This document shows positions 31,747 to 41,215 of a stretch of DNA of 64,000 nucleotides, one piece after another (the stretch's first letter is position 1; every line of letters starts with the position of its first letter). This stretch comes from an uncultured Pelagibacteraceae bacterium. Its GTDB lineage: Bacteria > Pseudomonadota > Alphaproteobacteria > Pelagibacterales > Pelagibacteraceae. The stretch spans positions 3,941 through 67,940 of the forward strand of contig CACGAC010000006.1 of assembly GCA_902571015.1 (NCBI GenBank), given 5' to 3'. Made by a program: the position numbers and the translations under genes. The notes beneath the pieces were generated by a model. That model saw only the letters and a program-made list of their open reading frames with translations, was not told the DNA's origin and made no database searches.

Positions 31747-32889
31747 ATGGATGGACCTTTAAAAAACCTTCTAGTTGTTGATCTAACAAGGGTATTGGTA
31801 GGTCCTTACTGCACAATGATACTATCAGATCTTGGTGCAAGAGTAATTAAAGTTGAGGCACCAGAAATAGGAGATGACTCAAGAAAATTTGGACCATTCA
31901 TAAAAGATTACTCAGCTTATTTTATGTCTTTGAATAGAGGTAAAGAGAGTATTGCATTGAATTTAAAGAACAGTGAGGATAAAAAAATTTTTGATAAAAT
32001 TTTATCTAAAGCAGATATCTTAGTTGAAAATTTTAAACCAGGTACTTTGGAAAAGTGGGGTTATGGTTGGAAAGATATAAATAAAAAATATCCTAAATTA
32101 ATTTATGCTTCTGCATCTGGATTTGGACAAACCGGTCCTCTCAAAGAATTACCTGCTTACGATATGGTTGTTCAAGGAATGGGTGGATTAATGAGTGTAA
32201 CTGGACAGCCTAATTCTGAACCAACTAGAGTTGGGACATCAATTGGTGACATCACTGCTGGTTTGTTTACAGCAATTGGAATTAATGCAGCTCTTTATGA
32301 TAGACAAAAAACAGGTAAAGGAATGTACATAGATGTTTCAATGCTAGATTGTCAAATAGCAATTTTAGAAAATGCTATAGCTCGTTACTTAGCAAAAAAT
32401 GAGATACCAAAACCAATGGGGTCGCGTCATCCGTCAATTGCACCGTTCGAAGCTTTTAAAACAAAAGATAGTTACATTATTATTGCTGCTGGAAACGATA
32501 GATTATTTGAAAAACTTTGTGACCTTTTAGCAATGCCTGAAATAAGTAAAGATTCTAAATTTTCTGATAATTCATCTAGATCTAAAAATATGGATGAACT
32601 TAAAAATATACTTGAGAAAAAATTAGTTTCTAGGTCCACTAGTGAATGGGTTAAAGATATGGAAAAAGAAAAAATTCCATGTGGTCCAATATTCAATATT
32701 AAAGAAGCAGTAGAAAATCCTCAAGTAGAAGCAAGAAACATGATTGTTAAAGCTTTTCATAAAGAAATTGGAGATTTCAAATTAGCTGGTAATCCAATTA
32801 AAATGTCTACTTATAAAGATGAAAAAACTAGGGGTGATATCCCTGATTTAGACGAACATAGAGAAAAAATTTTAAAAGAATTTACTTAA
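31747..32889 (+). CDS. Class III CoA-transferase (CaiB/BaiF family)
   Basis: [43 protein letters not shown]. Start moved to ATG 31747. Confidence 0.92.
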   Translation: MDGPLKNLLVVDLTRVLVGPYCTMILSDLGARVIKVEAPEIGDDSRKFGPFIKDYSAYFMSLNRGKESIALNLKNSEDKKIFDKILSKADILVENFKPGTLEKWGYGWKDINKKYPKLIYASASGFGQTGPLKELPAYDMVVQGMGGLMSVTGQPNSEPTRVGTSIGDITAGLFTAIGINAALYDRQKTGKGMYIDVSMLDCQIAILENAIARYLAKNEIPKPMGSRHPSIAPFEAFKTKDSYIIIAAGNDRLFEKLCDLLAMPEISKDSKFSDNSSRSKNMDELKNILEKKLVSRSTSEWVKDMEKEKIPCGPIFNIKEAVENPQVEARNMIVKAFHKEIGDFKLAGNPIKMSTYKDEKTRGDIPDLDEHREKILKEFT

Positions 32890-33419
32890 TTATTCTCAGC
32901 TTCGTTTGAAGTGTCTTGCTCAGTAGCTTGATTTTCTGTTTCAGTTACTTCATCCAATGAGACATCGCCTTGCTCATCGCCTGTTTCATCTGTAGCTGCA
33001 GTATCGATATCTGGTTTAGCAGTTTGAGATAATTCTGCTAAATCCTCGTTGGAAACTTGAATTTTCTCTGGAGTTTTTCTTGCTCTCTTAGATGGCAGAA
33101 TAGGAGTTCCACTTTTTGAAATTTCACCTTTATATAAACTTTCAAAGTCATCACCTACATCCTCATCATCCTCTGCACCATCATCAACTTGCTCTACATG
33201 CTTTCTTAATTTGTAAACTGCACTTTCGGTAAGTTCATTTACTTTAATATTTTCCTCTGCAATTTCTCTTAGAGCTATAACTGTATTTTTGTCGTTATCT
33301 CTATCTAAAGTTGGTTCTATTCCAGTGTTTAATTGAGTTGCTCTTTCTTTAGCAACTAAAACTAACTCATAAGGACTCTCTACTTTATCGATACAATCTT
33401 CTACTGTTACTCTAGCCAT
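32886..33419 (-). CDS. rpoZ: RNA polymerase omega subunit with long acidic C-terminal tail
   Basis: [28 protein letters not shown]. Confidence 0.95.
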   Translation of the reverse strand: MARVTVEDCIDKVESPYELVLVAKERATQLNTGIEPTLDRDNDKNTVIALREIAEENIKVNELTESAVYKLRKHVEQVDDGAEDDEDVGDDFESLYKGEISKSGTPILPSKRARKTPEKIQVSNEDLAELSQTAKPDIDTAATDETGDEQGDVSLDEVTETENQATEQDTSNEAENN

Positions 33420-33462
33420 GCGGAATATCTATACAGTGATCTTTAAAAAATCAAGGAGAATT

Positions 33463-34668
33463 TTATAAATATTGAGGATTCAGCTTGTTTCTAACAAAAA
33501 ATAATAAGACAGCAGCTAAAGCAATATAAATAAATGATACGAGAGCAACCTGTTCTATTGAAAACCCTTTATCAATTAAAAGACCAAACAATGCAGTGCC
33601 AAATGCTGTTGAAAAAACCATTAACGCTGTGGTAAGTGCTTTTATGGAGCCAATGTATCTAACACCATAAATTTCTGCCCAAGTTGAGGAACCCAGTACG
33701 TTTGCAAGTCCATTTGATATTCCAATTAAGCCTAAAAATAAGAAAGCTGAAAATGAAATATCAAAATACATTAAAACTATAGTCGAAATTAATAATGGAA
33801 TATTCATGAAAATAAGTAGTTTTCTGCTAGTAAATTTATCAATCAAAAAACCTGCAACTAGCAAAGTTATTACTGATAAAACTGAATAAACCATAAATGA
33901 TTGGGCGATTACATAAGTACCCCACCCTTTTGATTCTGTAATAAAAGATTGGTAAACAAATACACCTGTTGCAATCCATGGCATAGCTAACATATTCAAA
34001 CAAACGATATAAAATCGATAATCTTTAAGAACTTCAATTCTTTTCCACTGTTTTATTTTTTGATTAAATTCTTCTTGGTTTGTCTCTTCCCTAGATTCAA
34101 AGTTTAAGTTTTTAACTAAAAGAAAAGAGGTAATCGGAAGAAGTATCAAAACTAATATTGAAATATATATCCATAAATTTTGCCAAGAGGTAATGGTAAG
34201 CAAATATACAATCAATACAGGTAATATAAACTCAGCTGTAGAAAGACCAAACCAGCTTGTACTTAGAGCCTTTCCTCTAGATTTCGTAAAATATCTAGAG
34301 ATTGTTGTTGTTGCAGTATGAGACATCATACCTTGACCTGAAAATCTCATGAGAAAAATTGAAATAAATAAAAAAATTATTGAAGAAATTTTTGAAAAGA
34401 AAAAACACGAAAAAGATAAAAGTATTGTCACAAAAAATGCAAATTTAAATATATTGATATCATCTATTTTTTTTCCAACCCAAATTAATAAAAAACTACT
34501 CAACAAAGTTGCAGATGCATAAATTGTTCCAAATTGTCCCTGGGTGATAGATAATGCTTCTCGTATGCTAGAATTAAAAAGACCAAGAAAAAAACTCTGT
34601 CCAAAACTAGAAAAAAATGTAAATATAAAACCAAATATAATTACTTTTAAACTTAAACTTTTAAACAT
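33463..34668 (-). CDS. MFS transporter
   Basis: About 12 hydrophobic segments; GKKIDD, RFSGQG and GFLIDKF loop motifs. Confidence 0.85.
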   Translation of the reverse strand: MFKSLSLKVIIFGFIFTFFSSFGQSFFLGLFNSSIREALSITQGQFGTIYASATLLSSFLLIWVGKKIDDINIFKFAFFVTILLSFSCFFFSKISSIIFLFISIFLMRFSGQGMMSHTATTTISRYFTKSRGKALSTSWFGLSTAEFILPVLIVYLLTITSWQNLWIYISILVLILLPITSFLLVKNLNFESREETNQEEFNQKIKQWKRIEVLKDYRFYIVCLNMLAMPWIATGVFVYQSFITESKGWGTYVIAQSFMVYSVLSVITLLVAGFLIDKFTSRKLLIFMNIPLLISTIVLMYFDISFSAFLFLGLIGISNGLANVLGSSTWAEIYGVRYIGSIKALTTALMVFSTAFGTALFGLLIDKGFSIEQVALVSFIYIALAAVLLFFVRNKLNPQYL

Positions 34669-34679
34669 ATTAATTAGTT

Positions 34680-35549
34680 ATGAGCTGTAATGTTGCTTTC
34701 ATAGGTCTTGGTGTCATGGGTTATCCAATGGCTGGTTATATATCAAAAGGCGGACACAATGTAACTGTTTTTAATAGAACGAAATCCAAAGCTGAAAAAT
34801 GGATAAAAGAATACAAAGGTAAAATGGCAGATACTCCAGCTGAAGCTGCAAAAGATGCTGAATACATTTTTACATGTGTTGGAAATGATAATGATTTAAG
34901 AGAAGTAACTTTTGGAGACAACGGTGCATTTAAAACGATTAAAAAAGGTGCTGTTTATATTGATAACACGACTGCCTCTGCAACAATTGCAAGAGAGATA
35001 CATGAATATGCAAAAAAAAATGGTTTTGGTTCATTAGATGCGCCAGTATCAGGAGGACAAGCTGGTGCAGAGAATGGCGCGTTAACAGTAATGATTGGTG
35101 GAGATCAAGCTGACTTTGATAAAGCAAAAGATAAAATAGATTGTTACAGCAAAAAAATGAAATTACTTGGTGGACCAGGAAATGGACAGCTAGCTAAAAT
35201 GGTCAATCAAATTTGCATTGCTGGTTTAGTTCAAGGCTTATCTGAAGCTATAAATTTTGGAATGAAAGCTGGATTGAATATGGAAGATGTAATTGAGGTT
35301 ATTTCAAAAGGTGCAGCCCAATCTTGGCAAATGGAAAATAGATATAAAACAATGATTGATGATAAGTTTGATTTTGGTTTTGCAGTGGATTGGATGAGAA
35401 AAGACTTAAAGATTGCAATGGAAGAAGCTAAAAATAATGGATCATTGTTACCTGTTACTGAGCTTGTTGATAAATATTATGGTGAAGTACAAAGCATGGG
35501 TGGCAATCGTTGGGATACTTCAAGCTTAATAAAAAGATTTAGAAAGTAA
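34680..35549 (+). CDS. NAD(P)-dependent beta-hydroxyacid dehydrogenase (3-hydroxyisobutyrate dehydrogenase family)
   Basis: FIGLGVMGYPMA, LDAPVSGGQAGA, AKMVNQ. Confidence 0.88.
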   Translation: MSCNVAFIGLGVMGYPMAGYISKGGHNVTVFNRTKSKAEKWIKEYKGKMADTPAEAAKDAEYIFTCVGNDNDLREVTFGDNGAFKTIKKGAVYIDNTTASATIAREIHEYAKKNGFGSLDAPVSGGQAGAENGALTVMIGGDQADFDKAKDKIDCYSKKMKLLGGPGNGQLAKMVNQICIAGLVQGLSEAINFGMKAGLNMEDVIEVISKGAAQSWQMENRYKTMIDDKFDFGFAVDWMRKDLKIAMEEAKNNGSLLPVTELVDKYYGEVQSMGGNRWDTSSLIKRFRK

Positions 35550-35552
35550 AGT

Positions 35553-36152
35553 ATGCACCCAGCATACTATGAAGATTTTGCGGAAATTCAAAATAAGTAT
35601 TGGTCTATGTTAGATGATGCTGTGACTAACAGGGGTTCACCATTTAGAATTCCAGTTTTTATTTGCGCTCATCAAAATGAAGTTGATGGTAGAATAGTTG
35701 TCTTACGTAAATCAGATAAAAAAAATAATCTGTTACAGTTTCATACTGATTTAAGATCCCCAAAAGTAGATATACTTAAAAAAAATAAGAATGCCTCTTT
35801 AGTTTTCTACGATAAAGAAGAAAAGATACAATTAAGAGTAAAAGTAGAATGTGAAGTAAATAATCAAAATTCTACAACCGAAGAGTCTTGGAAAAAAACT
35901 CGTCATATAAGCAGACGTTGTTATTTGACCGACAGTCCTCCTGGAACTTCATCAGAAAATCCAACATCTGGTATGATATCAAAATTAGAGGAATTTGATT
36001 ATACAATGGAACAAAGTGAACAAGGTTATAAAAATTTTACTGTGATCAAGTGTAAAATTAAATCAATTGAATGGCTTTATCTTGCCGCTAAAGGTCATCG
36101 AAGGGCAAAGTTTGATTTAGAAAATGACAAAAATGAATGGTTAGTTCCTTAG
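35553..36152 (+). CDS. Pyridoxamine 5'-phosphate oxidase-like FMN-binding protein
   Basis: RIVVLR, FHTDLRSPK, LVFYD..EKIQLR, HRRA. Confidence 0.75.
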   Translation: MHPAYYEDFAEIQNKYWSMLDDAVTNRGSPFRIPVFICAHQNEVDGRIVVLRKSDKKNNLLQFHTDLRSPKVDILKKNKNASLVFYDKEEKIQLRVKVECEVNNQNSTTEESWKKTRHISRRCYLTDSPPGTSSENPTSGMISKLEEFDYTMEQSEQGYKNFTVIKCKIKSIEWLYLAAKGHRRAKFDLENDKNEWLVP

Positions 36153-36184
36153 TAACCCATTATTAAGTAAACCAATTTTAGAAG

Positions 36185-36820
36185 CTATTTCTTTAAATAA
36201 TTAGTAATACTTTTTTTTATTGTATCAGAAATAACTAATACTCCTTTTTCATTAGGGTGTATTCCATCATCCTGATTAAAATATGGGTTAAGAGCAACAC
36301 CTTTTAAAAGAAATGGAATTAATTCTAATTCAAATTTTTTTGATAATTCAGGATAAATTTTATCAAATTTTTTTTTATAACTTAATCCGTTTTTAGGTGA
36401 AGCAACCATACCAGCGAGAATTACCTGAATGTTATTATCTTGTATGATTTTAATAATTTCATTTAAATTTTGCTTAGTTTTATTTGGATTAACTCTTCTA
36501 AACATGTCATTTGCTCCAAGACCAATAATTATCAAATCGTAACTTTCATTCGATAACTCATCTTCAATCCTATCTAAACCGTCTGAAGATGTGTCTCCAG
36601 GAATACTGCCATTAAAAACTTGAACTTTATATCCCTCATATTTTAAACTTTTTTCTAAAACAACAGATAAATGGTTATCTTTAGTTAAACCATAGCCTGA
36701 CATCAGGCTGTCACCAAATAATAATATTTTTTCTATTTTAATTTGTGATTTTTTTTCGTTGCAACTTATTAATAAGATAGAAGTTAAACTTAGGATAATA
36801 ATCCCTAAAAGTTTTTTCAT
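36185..36820 (-). CDS. SGNH/GDSL arylesterase (TesA-like), predicted lipoprotein
   Basis: FGDSLMSGYG, GANDMFR, DGIHPN; lipobox LISC at the end of a hydrophobic leader. Confidence 0.88.
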   Translation of the reverse strand: MKKLLGIIILSLTSILLISCNEKKSQIKIEKILLFGDSLMSGYGLTKDNHLSVVLEKSLKYEGYKVQVFNGSIPGDTSSDGLDRIEDELSNESYDLIIIGLGANDMFRRVNPNKTKQNLNEIIKIIQDNNIQVILAGMVASPKNGLSYKKKFDKIYPELSKKFELELIPFLLKGVALNPYFNQDDGIHPNEKGVLVISDTIKKSITNYLKK

Positions 36821-36826
36821 AAGTTA

Positions 36827-37339
36827 CTAAAAAATTGATTTAGAATATTTTTTCCAATTATCTTGGTAATGTTTTGTGTTTTCAATAATAGCTTTTTTTT
36901 CGTCTTCAGTAATTTCTCTTACAACTTTTCCAGGTGAGCCAATAACTAAGGAGTTGTCTGGAATTTCTTTGTTTTCTGTAATTAATGCTTTTGCACCGAC
37001 TAAACAGTTCTTTCCAATTTTTGCATTATTTAAAATTACTGCTCCAATACCAATTAAACTATTATCTCCTATCGTACATCCATGAAGCATAACCATATGT
37101 CCAACGGTAACATTCTTTCCAACTTTTAATGGATAACCAGGATCTGTATGTAAAACACTTCCGTCTTGAATATTAGAACCTTCACCAATATGAATATTTT
37201 CTACATCACCTCTTAAAGTTGCATTGAACCAAATGCTAGAATTTTTTTCTAAAGTAACATCACCTATTATAGTTGCATTAGGTGCTACCCAATTTTCGCC
37301 AGAGTTTTTTGGTTTTTTATCTTTTAAATCATAAAACAT
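36827..37339 (-). CDS. Gamma carbonic anhydrase family protein
   Basis: IIGDV, LRGD, NIQDGSVLH, VGHMVMLHGC (three His Zn ligands). Confidence 0.9.
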   Translation of the reverse strand: MFYDLKDKKPKNSGENWVAPNATIIGDVTLEKNSSIWFNATLRGDVENIHIGEGSNIQDGSVLHTDPGYPLKVGKNVTVGHMVMLHGCTIGDNSLIGIGAVILNNAKIGKNCLVGAKALITENKEIPDNSLVIGSPGKVVREITEDEKKAIIENTKHYQDNWKKYSKSIF

Positions 37340-37359
37340 AATCTATATATTATTACATT

Positions 37360-37914
37360 ATGCCCATACAAACTCCAATATGTGATTTTGGTCAAAAAGC
37401 TCATGACTTTAAGCTTAAATCAACAGAGGGTAAAATTCTTTCCTTGGCAGATATCAAAGGTGAAAAAGGAACACTTATTATGTTTATCTGTAATCACTGT
37501 CCATATGTTAAAGCAGTAACGAAAGACATTGTTGAAGATTGTAAAAAATTAAAAGATGTCGGTATCAATTCAGTAGCTATTTGCGCTAATGATGCTGAAA
37601 ATTATCCTGAAGACTCATTTGAAAATATGATTAAATTTTCAAAAGAAAACCAATTTGGTTTCCCTTATTTAGTTGATGAAACTCAAGAAATTGCAAAAAC
37701 TTATGATGCAGTGTGTACACCAGATTTTTTTGGTTATAATAAAGATTTGGAACTTCAATATAGAGGAAGAGTGAGAGAACTAAAAAAATTGGTACCGGTA
37801 AGAGATGGGGACAGTGATCTATTAAAAGCAATGATACAAATTGCTGAAACTAATAAAGGACCTGAGAACCAAATTCCTAGTGCTGGATGTGGTATTAAGT
37901 GGAAAACTAATTAA
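37360..37914 (+). CDS. Thioredoxin-fold AhpC/TSA-like protein
   Basis: FICNHCPYV, AVCTPDFF, GCGIKW. Confidence 0.88.
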   Translation: MPIQTPICDFGQKAHDFKLKSTEGKILSLADIKGEKGTLIMFICNHCPYVKAVTKDIVEDCKKLKDVGINSVAICANDAENYPEDSFENMIKFSKENQFGFPYLVDETQEIAKTYDAVCTPDFFGYNKDLELQYRGRVRELKKLVPVRDGDSDLLKAMIQIAETNKGPENQIPSAGCGIKWKTN

Positions 37915-38996
37915 TGTATATTATTGTTACAAGAACTTTTCCACCAGAATTGGGTGGAATGCAAAGTTTGATGTGGGGTTTATCCCGTGAAATGTCCAAA
38001 AATTTTATGATCAAAGTTTTTGCAGATTATTATGAAAATCATAAAAATTTTGATGAACAAGCAAGTTTTTCAATTGAAAGAGTTGGTGGAATAAAATTTT
38101 TAAGAAAAATAAGAAAAGCTCAGCTAATAAATGAATTTATAAAAGAAAATAAAGTTGAAGGTATTATTGCTGATCATTGGAAAAGTTTAGAGTTAATAAA
38201 AACTAATAAAAAAAAATATTGTTTAATCCATGGTAAAGAGATCAACCATCCATTAGGAAGCTCATTAAATAAAAGAGTTACAAAAGTTCTTAATAATGTA
38301 GAGAGAGTAATAGCGAATTCTGCGTACACAAAAAATTTAGCAATTAATAATGGTGTAAAACAAGATAAAGTTATAGTTATAAACCCTGGAGCTGACCCAG
38401 CTAAAATATTGAATAAAAAATCTCTAGAAAAAGTTGAAAGTTTATTAAAAGTGAAAACACCAAGACTAATTACTGTTTCCAGATTTGATAAAAGAAAAAA
38501 TCATGAAAAAATAATTATGGCACTAAGAAATTTAAAACAATTATACCCTGATATTGTTTATATTTGTATTGGTTATGGTGATGAAGAAGAAAATATAAAA
38601 AAATTAGTTGAAGAGTTAGATCTAACCTCACAAGTAATGTTCTTTAAAGACATAAGTACTGATTTAAAAAATGCTTTAGTGGCAAAATCAAATATCTTTG
38701 TCATGCCATCTATAATTCACAAAACCTCCGTAGAGGGTTTTGGAATAGCATATGTTGAAGCTGCACAATATGGAATTCCTTCGATAGGAGGAAAGGATGG
38801 TGGTGCATCAGATGCCATTGACCACGATAGAACTGGATTAATTTGTGACGGTAACAATCTAAATGAAATTTATTCGTCATTAGATTCAATGATTAAAAAT
38901 AAAAGATATATCGAGCTTGGAAAAAATGCTAAAGAGTATGTTTCAAAATTTCAATGGGATAAAACTTTTGAAGAATACAAAAAAATTCTTAATTAA
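37914..38996 (+). CDS. Glycosyltransferase family 4
   Basis: FPPELGG, RFDKRKNH, EGFGIAYVEA. Confidence 0.9.
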   Translation: MYIIVTRTFPPELGGMQSLMWGLSREMSKNFMIKVFADYYENHKNFDEQASFSIERVGGIKFLRKIRKAQLINEFIKENKVEGIIADHWKSLELIKTNKKKYCLIHGKEINHPLGSSLNKRVTKVLNNVERVIANSAYTKNLAINNGVKQDKVIVINPGADPAKILNKKSLEKVESLLKVKTPRLITVSRFDKRKNHEKIIMALRNLKQLYPDIVYICIGYGDEEENIKKLVEELDLTSQVMFFKDISTDLKNALVAKSNIFVMPSIIHKTSVEGFGIAYVEAAQYGIPSIGGKDGGASDAIDHDRTGLICDGNNLNEIYSSLDSMIKNKRYIELGKNAKEYVSKFQWDKTFEEYKKILN

Positions 38997-39934
38997 TTTA
39001 AAGAATTAACTAATCTCTCAAAAACTTTTTCTGCACTCAAATTGTTTAAGTCTGTTACCTCAATCGCTTTAAAATTATCTCTTTCAATACTGACCTTATA
39101 TGCAGTAGTATGTTTTCCAAATAAAGTTAAACCTTTAGCTCCAACATGAGCTGCAATATGAGCAGGTCCCGTATCATTAGCAATAATAAAAGAGCTATCT
39201 TTAATTAAAGAAGTTAATTGTGAAATATCAAGCGCTTTTCCATTATTTAATAAAACTTCAGCATTTATTTCTTTTGCATCATTTATCTCGGACGGGCCTG
39301 GAGCTAAAACAATTTTATATTCATTACCAAATTTATCTAAAATAAGTTTTATAAGATCATTATAATAAGGCCATTTTTTAATATGTAAGTGGGGTGAGCA
39401 AAAAGGAAATAATAAAATAAATTTATTTAATTCAAAGTTATTTTTAATTTCGCTTATATCAGAACCAGCCCAACTAAAATTAGGATTTAAAGTATGAGAT
39501 GTTTTTAGTCCTGAGGTTTGTAATTGATGATTAAATCTGTCTAGAACAGAATGTTTATCAAATTCCTTTTTATCTATTACCTCTGGCAAAGTTGTAATTG
39601 AGCTTGACCAGGTTTCTTTTTTTGATTTTGGAAAAAGAATATTTTTATAAAAATTTGTTCTTGAAGAGTTTTGAAGATCAAAAACTTTTAAAAAGCTATG
39701 TTTCTTAAGTTCTCTCATTAAGAAATACAAGTAAATAAGATTATATCTGGGTAGTCTTTTATCTAAAATTACCTCATGAATGAATGGACACTTTTTAAAA
39801 ACTTCTAAATAAGCTTTTGTTGTAAGTAAATAAATACGATCATTTTTGTGATTTTCATATATGTCTTGAATTGCACCACTCGCTTGCGCTATATCTCCTA
39901 ATGACCCGTGTTTAATAATTAAAATATTAGACAT
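38993..39934 (-). CDS. Glycosyltransferase family 9 (heptosyltransferase-like)
   Basis: IIKHGSLGD, FDLQ, KKWP, IANDTGPAHIAA. Confidence 0.9.
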   Translation of the reverse strand: MSNILIIKHGSLGDIAQASGAIQDIYENHKNDRIYLLTTKAYLEVFKKCPFIHEVILDKRLPRYNLIYLYFLMRELKKHSFLKVFDLQNSSRTNFYKNILFPKSKKETWSSSITTLPEVIDKKEFDKHSVLDRFNHQLQTSGLKTSHTLNPNFSWAGSDISEIKNNFELNKFILLFPFCSPHLHIKKWPYYNDLIKLILDKFGNEYKIVLAPGPSEINDAKEINAEVLLNNGKALDISQLTSLIKDSSFIIANDTGPAHIAAHVGAKGLTLFGKHTTAYKVSIERDNFKAIEVTDLNNLSAEKVFERLVNSLN

Positions 39935-39966
39935 ATTTAAAACAAGATAGCACAGTATTAAATTTT

Positions 39967-40356
39967 ATGAATAAAATTATAGTGGAAGTCTCAATTGGCG
40001 AACTTTTAGATAAAATTTCTATTTTAGAAATCAAACAAGGAAAAATTAAAGATGTTGAAAAACTCAAGTTTATAAATGATGAACATTCTATTTTGAAAAA
40101 ACAATTAGAAAAAAATATTAAGTCTGATGATAAACTTGATAATCTTTTTCAGTCTTTAAAAGAGATAAATAATAAACTTTGGATTATAGAAGATAATAAA
40201 AGACAATGTGAAAAAGATAAAGATTTTGGAGAAAAATTTATAAAGCTTTCAAGAGATGTTCATTTTTTGAATGATGATAGAGCAAAAATAAAATTGGAGA
40301 TTAATAATCATACAGGATCAAGTATTAAAGAGATAAAAGAATACACAAATTACTAA
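39967..40356 (+). CDS. DUF6165-like hypothetical protein
   Basis: VSIGELLDKISILEIK ... LWIIED ... NDDRAKIK..IN ... EIKEY pattern, which I recall as common near GT9 genes. Confidence 0.7.
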   Translation: MNKIIVEVSIGELLDKISILEIKQGKIKDVEKLKFINDEHSILKKQLEKNIKSDDKLDNLFQSLKEINNKLWIIEDNKRQCEKDKDFGEKFIKLSRDVHFLNDDRAKIKLEINNHTGSSIKEIKEYTNY

Positions 40357-40361
40357 AAAAG

Positions 40362-41198
40362 ATGCATTCAAATATTCTTGAGAAAAATATTCCTCCTTGG
40401 TCAGATAAACACCTAGATTTTTTAAATGAATTTTCCTCACTTTATAAGACGAGACCAATAAAAAATAACAAAGGTGGGATGCTATTTACTCACATGTTTT
40501 ATTTTTATTTAATACTTAAAAATTTAAAACCTGAATTAATTATCGAAAGTGGAGTATATAAGGGTCAATCTACCTGGTTAATAGAAAACACTCTCCCAAA
40601 TTCGAAAATAATTTCAATTGATATAGATTTAAATAAAAGAGAATATATTTCAAAAAAGTCTGAATATAGATCATTGGACTTCAAATTTAATGAATTTAAG
40701 AATTTGCCAAATAACACATTGGTTTTTTTTGATGATCACGTAAACCATGTAGAAAGGATAAAACAATCAAATTTTTTTGGTATTAAAAATATTGTTTTAG
40801 AAGATAATTACCCAACTAGCGAAGGGGACTTTCAAACTTTAAAACAAATCTCTAATAATTTAAATTTTAATCACAAACCAGGATTTTTAAGTTTAATTAA
40901 AACTTATTATCAATTTACTAACATTATAATTAAAAAAATATTTTTATCTAAATATAACTCCGATATTGATCTTAATAATATAAATCAAAGAATAAGAGAT
41001 GCTTTTTATAATAAAGAAACTTCACGTTATCTCAATGATTTGTTTGAAACCTATTATGAGTTTCCACCACTAATAAATAATAATCATAATAATGAGATGT
41101 GTAAGAAACCTATATTACAAGAGACTCCTGAGAATATTCTTGAATTTTCAAATGAACTTTTGGATTATAACTTTATCACTTATATAAAATTAAAATAA
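40362..41198 (+). CDS. Hypothetical class I SAM-dependent methyltransferase-like protein
   Basis: IIESGVYKGQSTW, ISIDI, VFFDDH, VLEDNY. Confidence 0.6.
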   Translation: MHSNILEKNIPPWSDKHLDFLNEFSSLYKTRPIKNNKGGMLFTHMFYFYLILKNLKPELIIESGVYKGQSTWLIENTLPNSKIISIDIDLNKREYISKKSEYRSLDFKFNEFKNLPNNTLVFFDDHVNHVERIKQSNFFGIKNIVLEDNYPTSEGDFQTLKQISNNLNFNHKPGFLSLIKTYYQFTNIIIKKIFLSKYNSDIDLNNINQRIRDAFYNKETSRYLNDLFETYYEFPPLINNNHNNEMCKKPILQETPENILEFSNELLDYNFITYIKLK

Positions 41199-41215
41199 TA
41201 TTTTAGGGTAACAAA

